Positions 26,239 to 32,000 of a stretch of 32,000 bases of DNA are shown one piece after another. Under the pieces are notes generated by a model. That model worked only from the letters and a program-made list of their open reading frames with translations, had not been told where the DNA came from and did no database searches. Origin of the DNA: Desulfocapsa sulfexigens DSM 10523 (lineage in GTDB: Bacteria > Desulfobacterota > Desulfobulbia > Desulfobulbales > Desulfocapsaceae). The position numbers and the translations under genes are program-made. The stretch covers positions 690,001-722,000 of the forward strand of contig NC_020304.1 in assembly GCF_000341395.1 (NCBI RefSeq). Reading direction: 5' to 3'. How positions within the stretch are numbered: the first letter of the stretch is position 1; each line of letters begins with the position of its first letter.

Positions 26239-27489
26239 ATGAGGCACTCTTTTCTGCTTTCATTTGCCCTTGGGGCAGGCTGGCTACTCTCTCCTGAAGC
26301 TCTGGTTATTGGAGGAAACAGTGCTGGCAATATGGGGTGGCTGGCATTTCCCGCGTTAGCTGTTGCAGCCCTTCTTTTAAGTATTTCCGGCAATCTCCTG
26401 ACCCGTTCGCAGCGTGCTGCAGAGCATGACAACAACTACCTTCTTCTCCGGTATATGACGGGAACAATCCCGGCAATCGGCCTTACTCTGGCCTCATCCA
26501 TCCCCCTTGTGATTCTGGCTGCAACGGCACTGCTTGTCACTTCCGGCTATACATTCAATGAAGTCTTTCTCTACTGGTTTCCCAACTTCGGGTTTTCCTT
26601 TTTGCTCCTGGCTCTATTGACTCTTCTCCAATTTTTTCCCGAAAAAGTTATTTTCCGGGCTCAGATCTTTCTTGTTCTTCTTACAGTAGGAGCTTTGCTC
26701 TTCCTCGCCCTATCAGGGATAGTAGGAACCGAGCCCCCCGTGTACGGGGTTTTGGAGCAACCCGGCAGTTTTTCTTCCGCCTCATCAGTCCTCATGCTTC
26801 TTCTCTTTACGGGCAGCACCTCAGGCGTGAAGACAAAACACCCTTTTCTAGTCCCCATTGCCGGGTTGGTATTTTTTTTCCTGTGGATTTGTGTATCTCT
26901 CTGCTATGTGAATCCGGAGCGTTTAGCCTCTTCAACCATCCCTTACATGACTGTGGCACGCACAATCATGGGAGATCCTGGTCGCCAGATAATGGGGGTG
27001 GCTGTTATCAGTGGCACCTGTGGGGCCATAACCGGTCTGATGCTTATGTGCAGGGCTATGCTTGCTGATATTGTAACGTCTAACAACGGAGACAGACTCG
27101 TCACCATACAACGCCGGGTATTTCCACTGCTGGTTGCCCTTGCAACGGGTATACTAATGGCCGAAGGACTCGCAGGCGACGAATTGCTTGAAACACTCCT
27201 GCGTGGCTCACTTATTCTCTGGCTTATACATCATAGCCTGCTCTGCCTCTCCGCTATCCTTACAAATCACAGGGTCCACCAGACTGTTCCCCTTGCCGGA
27301 GCCATGGCCACAACTCTTCTTATAGCGGCAGTTTTCATTCTTATCGTTACCAATCCACAGAGAAATGAGATAACATTCTTTATCCTTTCCATGCTTGGAA
27401 CCGGTGGTCTGCTTGCAGCCATCTGGATCTTTATAAACAAGATTACAGGCACAAAAACCACACCTAAACAAACGGAGAAAACCCTATGA
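26239..27489 (+). CDS. APC-superfamily-like permease (multi-TM transporter)
   Basis: About 416 aa, about 11-12 hydrophobic segments, N-terminal LSFALGAGWLLSPEALVIGGNSAGNMGWLAFPALAVAALLL. The ORF track opens at 26230; 26239 is an alternative ATG with GGAG at better spacing. Confidence 0.7.
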   Translation: MRHSFLLSFALGAGWLLSPEALVIGGNSAGNMGWLAFPALAVAALLLSISGNLLTRSQRAAEHDNNYLLLRYMTGTIPAIGLTLASSIPLVILAATALLVTSGYTFNEVFLYWFPNFGFSFLLLALLTLLQFFPEKVIFRAQIFLVLLTVGALLFLALSGIVGTEPPVYGVLEQPGSFSSASSVLMLLLFTGSTSGVKTKHPFLVPIAGLVFFFLWICVSLCYVNPERLASSTIPYMTVARTIMGDPGRQIMGVAVISGTCGAITGLMLMCRAMLADIVTSNNGDRLVTIQRRVFPLLVALATGILMAEGLAGDELLETLLRGSLILWLIHHSLLCLSAILTNHRVHQTVPLAGAMATTLLIAAVFILIVTNPQRNEITFFILSMLGTGGLLAAIWIFINKITGTKTTPKQTEKTL

Positions 27490-27881
27490 AAAAACTCACC
27501 CTTTTGCTACTCTCATTCCTTCTCCTCTGCGCAGCGCTACCGGCAATAGCCGGAGAGGTCCCGCTCATAAGCAAAGATGAGCTTAAAGCTCAACTCGACT
27601 CCGGAAATGTGGTAATCCTTGACGTTCGTTCAGGAAGAGACTGGAGCTCCAGTGAGTTTAAAATAAAAGGGGCAGTTCAAGCCCCTGGAAGTGACATTGC
27701 CAAATGGTCAAAGGACTACACAAAAGATCAACCCCTTGTTCTTTACTGCGCCTGACCCAACGAAGCGACAAGTGCCGGTCTGGCACGACAGTTGATGGCT
27801 GATGGATACACAAACGTCTCTGCACTGAAAGGTGGCTGGAGAGAGTGGTTCAGAGCAAAATACCCCACGGAAGAAAAATAG
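27486..27881 (+). CDS. Periplasmic rhodanese-like selenoprotein candidate (UGA decoded as Sec at codon 90)
   Basis: ATG overlaps the previous stop (ATGA). MKKLTLLLLSFLLLCAALPAIAGEVPLISKDELKAQLDSGNVVILDVRSGRDWSSSEFKIKGAVQAPGSDIAKWSKDYTKDQPLVLYCA-[TGA 27753..27755]-PNEATSAGLARQLMADGYTNVSALKGGWREWFRAKYPTEEK-TAG (27879..27881). The frame is maintained with rhodanese homology on both sides of TGA. Confidence 0.85.
27772..27786 (+). promoter_or_regulatory. Bacterial SECIS-like apical stem-loop GTGCC-GGTCT-GGCAC
   Basis: Perfect 5-bp stem beginning 16 nt after the in-frame TGA; the pentaloop GGTCT contains the GU expected for SelB recognition. Confidence 0.75.
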
Positions 27882-27882
27882 C

Positions 27883-28875
27883 ATGGCATACCTCCTGGCA
27901 GCAGATATAGGCGGGACCAAAAGTGAACTGGCAATCTTTGACCTTTCACAGACACCGGATGCCCCGCCTCTTTGTCGCAGGCGTTATCACAACACTCTTT
28001 TCCACAATTTTGATACAATCCTCGCAGAATTCCTAGATTCAGCGAATTCTCCAACACCATCATACGCCTGTTTTGGGGTCGCTGCCGTTGTCCATAACGG
28101 ACGTGCAAGGTTTACCAATCGGGAATGGGTACTGAATGAAAAAGAACTTGAAAGCAGTTTTGGCTTCACCGGGGTCACCCTGATTAATGATCTTACTGCT
28201 GTCTGCAGTGGCCTCCCTTTTCTTGCAAAAAAAGAACTCTTCCAGATTCAACGGGGAGAGGTTGAAGAGCAGGGTATTCAGGCAGTAATTGCCCCAGGGA
28301 CTGGTCTTGGAGAAGGGTATCTCATTCGTCGGGATACATGCTTTTCTCCTCAGGGCTCAGAGGGCGGCCACTGTGATTTTGCACCTCTAAATCAAGAGCA
28401 ATCACAACTTCTCGGGTATCTGCAGCAAAAGCACAGCTCCGTCAGCTATGAACTCCTCTGCTCCGGCATTGGACTTCCCAATATTTTCGATTTTCTTGCA
28501 GCTACGGATATCGCCAGAGACCCTGACCATTTCAAACGAATCACCACAACAGCGGACAGGGCACCCGCAATATCAGAGGGAGCATTCGGTGACCGCAGGT
28601 GTCCACTATGTATAAAAACCTTCTCACTTTTTCTGGAAATCCTTGGTGCAGAAGCAGGTAACCTGGCTCTGAAAACCTATTCTACCGGAGGTTTATTTAT
28701 AGGTGGGGGAATTCTCCCGCGAATTGTGGAGCATGTTTCCTTTGCCCCCTTCCTCAATGCCTTCAGAAAAAAGGAAAAGATGACATCTCTTATGGAATCT
28801 ATTCCCATCCATCTTATTTTGAAAAATGACGTGGCTCTTTTTGGTGCAGCCAGTTATGGCTATCAGTTTTTTTAA
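27883..28875 (+). CDS. glk: Glucokinase-family protein
   Basis: 330 aa from ATG 27883 (the ORF track opens upstream at 27832, inside the rhodanese). MAYLLAADIGGTKSELAIFD, FTNREWVLNEKELE, VTLINDLTAV, VIAPGTGLGEGYL, SEGGHCDFAPL, YELLCSGIGLPNIFDFL, GGLFIGGGILPRI. Confidence 0.9.
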   Translation: MAYLLAADIGGTKSELAIFDLSQTPDAPPLCRRRYHNTLFHNFDTILAEFLDSANSPTPSYACFGVAAVVHNGRARFTNREWVLNEKELESSFGFTGVTLINDLTAVCSGLPFLAKKELFQIQRGEVEEQGIQAVIAPGTGLGEGYLIRRDTCFSPQGSEGGHCDFAPLNQEQSQLLGYLQQKHSSVSYELLCSGIGLPNIFDFLAATDIARDPDHFKRITTTADRAPAISEGAFGDRRCPLCIKTFSLFLEILGAEAGNLALKTYSTGGLFIGGGILPRIVEHVSFAPFLNAFRKKEKMTSLMESIPIHLILKNDVALFGAASYGYQFF

Positions 28876-28995
28876 ACTGCACACACCAAAAAAAGTTGTT
28901 TTAGGATTTCACTTTTTCATTCTGTTTATGATACACTCTTTTCAATTGCAGACACAAAAGACCTGACAACCCTCTTCCCCCAACCCAGAGGTACA

Positions 28996-30993
28996 ATGAA
29001 TTCTTTGTCCTTAAAGTATAAAATTATGGGTATGACTGCCCTTCCGCTTTTCCTTCTTCTCCCGGTGTTCCTGTATATATACACTCAGGGAACCGGAGCC
29101 CTGAAACAGGAACGCAATCGTACCATGCATATTGGTGATACAATTGCTTTGAACGGGGCCATAGCCAACCAGCGTCCCACTCTTGAGAAAGCACTCACCA
29201 ATGTCCTCAACACAGATGAAACAATACGTTTTATAATGGATTCTCAGGACAGTGGCTCCAAAATGGTTCTTGATGGACTCTTTCTCTCTTTGCAGGAACA
29301 GCATATCACCAAATTTATCGTCTACAACGCTGATTTCGAAGTAATACTCCAGCAATCACAGAACGACTCCCCCCCCTATCCTGAGCAGCTGCCAGGTGCA
29401 ATCAAACCACTTTTCAAGAAAGCTGCAGAGGACTTTGAGTTTCACTATTTTTTCCGCGGACCTGACAAATCACAGCAGTTGTTACCTGTCTCCTACAGTG
29501 TTGCTACCGTGATAACCGATGACGATGATAATACCATTGGATACGTGGAACTGGCCCTTGACTCCGCCCTCTGGATCCAACAGGTAGGAGAACTTACAAC
29601 AAATGAAGTAATGCTTTATGATATTGACCGTGCTACAATCAGCCTTTCCACCAATGAGGAATTGGCCGGAAAGTTACTGACATCACTGCCCGAGAACGTG
29701 GCAGATGCGTCTTTTATCCAGACTAGGGCTCAAAATACTGATTTTCTTGCAGATGTTCTCCCCTTAAAGGGCCCTGACGACAAAACAATCGGTCTTCTTC
29801 TGGTCATCAGTGATGCGACAAAATTTATGCAGGCTGAACAGAAGCGCTGGATTTTTGGACTCCTTCTCACGCTTGCCATAGTCTTCCTTTCTCAGGTCAT
29901 AGCGTATCTTGCCGTGAGTCGTGGAATCATTGCTCCAATCAGACAGGTTATCGATTTTTCAACAATTCTTGCAACAGGTGACACCTCTTCATCCCTACAG
30001 ATACGGACAAGCAAAGAGCTCACTGAAATGGCAAATGCGCTCAACACCATGGTTGACCACATTCGGGAACGTGCCAGTCAAGCTGAGGCCATTGCCGGAG
30101 GAAACCTTGCAGTAGAGATCAAAGTACACTCCGACAACGATACCCTTGGAAAGTCGCTCACCGCCATCACTGATAATATCAGCGCCATTATCAGTGAAAT
30201 AAGTGACAACGCAGATAATCTTTTAAAAACATCCCAGGAAGTAACCGAGCTTTCAGACGACCTGGAGATCACTTCCACCATTATAGAACGTCGTGCCCAG
30301 GAAATGGGACACTCCTTTGAATCGGTCACCGACAACCTCCAGGTCGTAACAGATGGAACGGAGAGGATGTCTCTCTCCATCCGGGAGATCAACGAAAACA
30401 CAGCAGCCAGTAACCAGACCACCGAAGAGGCAAAACAAGCCGCCCTTGAATCCTCTGCCATCATTCAACAACTTAATGAAGTGGTAATCAGCATCGGTAA
30501 GGCGAATCAGGCAATCACAGAATTTGCTGACCAGACCAACCTTCTTGCCCTGAACGCCACCATCGAGGCTGCCCGCGCAGGAGATGCAGGTAAAGGATTT
30601 GCCGTGGTTGCCTCGGAGGTAAAAGATCTTGCAAGCCAGAGCATGAGAACGGCAAAAAATATTCATGGAAACGTCAACGATATCCAGAAATTCACAGTAC
30701 AGGCAGTAAATTCTGCCGAAAAGATATCAAATGTAATTGCACTCGTTAGAGAATCCTCACTGGTCATCACGAAAGCAGTCAACGAACAGGCCACAGTGGC
30801 TGACAATATCACCAACAGCACCAGCAGTGCTTACAAAACAACCACTGGATTTTCTAAAAATATAGAAGATATCAGCAATTCAGCAACGGTTACCAGCGAG
30901 ACGATGGTGGCTCTGAACAGTTCCGCACAACAACTGGAATCAGTCGCCACCACACTTCGTAACAGAGTGGAATCATTCACCTTAAAAGGATGA
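28996..30993 (+). CDS. Methyl-accepting chemotaxis protein
   Basis: 665 aa. Two TMs flanking a periplasmic sensor, HAMP ([22 protein letters not shown]), signalling tip [40 protein letters not shown]. Confidence 0.95.
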   Translation: MNSLSLKYKIMGMTALPLFLLLPVFLYIYTQGTGALKQERNRTMHIGDTIALNGAIANQRPTLEKALTNVLNTDETIRFIMDSQDSGSKMVLDGLFLSLQEQHITKFIVYNADFEVILQQSQNDSPPYPEQLPGAIKPLFKKAAEDFEFHYFFRGPDKSQQLLPVSYSVATVITDDDDNTIGYVELALDSALWIQQVGELTTNEVMLYDIDRATISLSTNEELAGKLLTSLPENVADASFIQTRAQNTDFLADVLPLKGPDDKTIGLLLVISDATKFMQAEQKRWIFGLLLTLAIVFLSQVIAYLAVSRGIIAPIRQVIDFSTILATGDTSSSLQIRTSKELTEMANALNTMVDHIRERASQAEAIAGGNLAVEIKVHSDNDTLGKSLTAITDNISAIISEISDNADNLLKTSQEVTELSDDLEITSTIIERRAQEMGHSFESVTDNLQVVTDGTERMSLSIREINENTAASNQTTEEAKQAALESSAIIQQLNEVVISIGKANQAITEFADQTNLLALNATIEAARAGDAGKGFAVVASEVKDLASQSMRTAKNIHGNVNDIQKFTVQAVNSAEKISNVIALVRESSLVITKAVNEQATVADNITNSTSSAYKTTTGFSKNIEDISNSATVTSETMVALNSSAQQLESVATTLRNRVESFTLKG

Positions 30994-31019
30994 TAAACAA
31001 TTAATTCAAGGAGATCTCT

Positions 31020-31592
31020 ATGACCAGGACACTATGTAGACCCGTATTCATCTTAGCTTTGACATTCTTCTGCTTCTCACTTGCCACACCTCTCATTGCT
31101 GCAGAAGTAGGCAAAGGGAAAATACCTGAAGATCAACTTGCAAAATCCTATAAGAAACTTGACTGGGGTGTTGCTATCTGGGACACCGACGAAGCTGTGG
31201 CCAATCTGCAAAAGGGAGAAAATACACTCTGGGTGGATACACGTCCGGAAAGCTTCTTTAAAAAAGGTACTGTAAATGATGCCGTTTTACTCATTTACAA
31301 CAAAAAAGGAATGGAAGAAAATACACTCACCCCGGAATCACTGGAAAAGGCTCTTGCCGATAAGGGGCTTGCCAAGGATCAGGCAACCATCGTGTTTTTC
31401 TGTCAGGGACCTAAATGTCACCGCAGCTATAACGCCAGTTTTGCTGCTGTTACCGAATGGGGTTATTCTCCCGAGCAGATTGTATGGAACCGCGAAGGCT
31501 ATCCCTTCCTCTTCAAAAAAGTACAGGAAGATGCCAAACTGAAGCGTAAAGCAAAACGCTATATCAGTGACGCCGGTGTGAAGCAACTGTAA
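31020..31592 (+). CDS. Periplasmic rhodanese-like domain protein
   Basis: 190 aa, signal peptide. NTLWVDTRPESFFKKGTVNDAVLL...ATIVFFCQGPKCHRSYNASFAAVTEWGYSPEQIVWNREGYPFL. Cys is present at the catalytic-loop position. Confidence 0.85.
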   Translation: MTRTLCRPVFILALTFFCFSLATPLIAAEVGKGKIPEDQLAKSYKKLDWGVAIWDTDEAVANLQKGENTLWVDTRPESFFKKGTVNDAVLLIYNKKGMEENTLTPESLEKALADKGLAKDQATIVFFCQGPKCHRSYNASFAAVTEWGYSPEQIVWNREGYPFLFKKVQEDAKLKRKAKRYISDAGVKQL

Positions 31593-31619
31593 AATTCAAT
31601 CCTCTCAAAAGAAAAAACC

Positions 31620-31658
31620 AAAACGGCGCTCTCATCTATCTGATGAGAACGCCGTTTT
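31620..31658. terminator. Strong near-perfect bidirectional-type hairpin terminator
   Basis: AAAACGGCG-c-TCTCATC-tatct-GATGAGA-a-CGCCGTTTT: 9-bp plus 7-bp arms with A-tract/T-tract flanks, 28 nt after the rhodanese stop. Confidence 0.85.
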
Positions 31659-31770
31659 ACTGTCCGGTTCAAAGAGCAAATTTTTCCAAAATCGAGTATC
31701 GTTTCGGAAAATTAAAACGTATCCGGCATGCCGGGTCACATACAGAAGTACTCTTTCTTCCGGACAGCCT

Positions 31771-32000
31771 GTGGCCGATATTCCTTACAAAAACAACTTT
31801 GATCTTTTGCGTCTGATACTGGCCTTTAGTGTTTGTCTGGCCCATATTGGAGCGGTAAGTGGCATCCAGGCTTTTTTCCCGCTGGGGGATTTTTTCAATT
31901 CTTCAATTGCGGTGGATTGTTTTTTTGTGGTCAGTGGTTTTCTTATCTTCAGAAGCTATAATCGTTCTTCACGCCTTCTTTCCTACTTCAACAAACGTCT
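31771..32000 (+). CDS. Acyltransferase family 3 (OafA/YrhL-like) membrane protein, N-terminal fragment running off the right edge
   Basis: Not in the ORF track. From a GTG at 31771: VADIPYKNNFDLLRLILAFSVCLAHIGAVSGIQAFFPLGDFFNSSIAVDCFFVVSGFLIFRSYNRSSRLLSYFNKR, the typical acyltransferase-3 N-terminus. The start codon is uncertain. Confidence 0.8.
   Translation, partial: MADIPYKNNFDLLRLILAFSVCLAHIGAVSGIQAFFPLGDFFNSSIAVDCFFVVSGFLIFRSYNRSSRLLSYFNKR

Noticed and set aside
27486-27755. Truncated rhodanese or pseudogene ending at TGA
   Set aside because: The same frame continues with clear rhodanese homology, TGA falls exactly at the catalytic residue, and a SECIS-like stem-loop follows. A Sec read-through explains it better than decay or a sequencing error.
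27782-27798. TGGCACG-ACAG-TTGAT, sigma54-like motif inside the Sec-rhodanese
   Set aside because: -12 element is GA rather than GC, lies within coding sequence and overlaps the SECIS stem; most likely coincidental.
1-32000. CRISPR arrays, tRNA/rRNA genes, transposases or integrases
   Set aside because: No regularly spaced direct repeats, no recognisable tRNA or rRNA sequence, and no transposase or integrase motif seen in the ORF translations. Absence was judged by eye only.

Overview
The window looks like a chromosomal segment from a deltaproteobacterial, Desulfobulbaceae-like genome; that lineage guess comes from gene content only. Housekeeping and signalling genes include UPF0316/DUF2179, a hybrid histidine kinase, several MscS-type channels, a Na/Pi cotransporter, rimK, a HerA/YjgR-type ATPase, ppc, glucokinase, an MCP and a rhodanese. 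Two regions stand out. (1) At 8.6-13.2 kb, at least five small LysW-like double-CxxC zinc-ribbon proteins are clustered around a sigma54-dependent activator. Good -24/-12 (GG-N10-GC) sigma54 promoter candidates precede them, and a rimK-type ATP-grasp ligase gene lies about 2.6 kb downstream. None of the five has the C-terminal EDWGE tail of canonical LysW, and no LysW-pathway biosynthesis genes are visible. This looks like an uncharacterised regulated small-protein system. (2) At 27486-27881, a periplasmic rhodanese-like ORF is interrupted by an in-frame TGA exactly at the expected catalytic Cys (YCA-U-PNEATSAG...). It is followed by a perfect 5-bp stem with a GGTCT loop at SECIS-compatible spacing, which supports a selenocysteine rhodanese. 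Other notable architectures are a DnaJ-type CxxCxGxG zinc finger fused to an arm-less HU-like domain, and a NYN nuclease with a cold-shock-like tail translationally coupled to a metallophosphoesterase. Coding calls rest on reading the ORF translations; no database searches were run.
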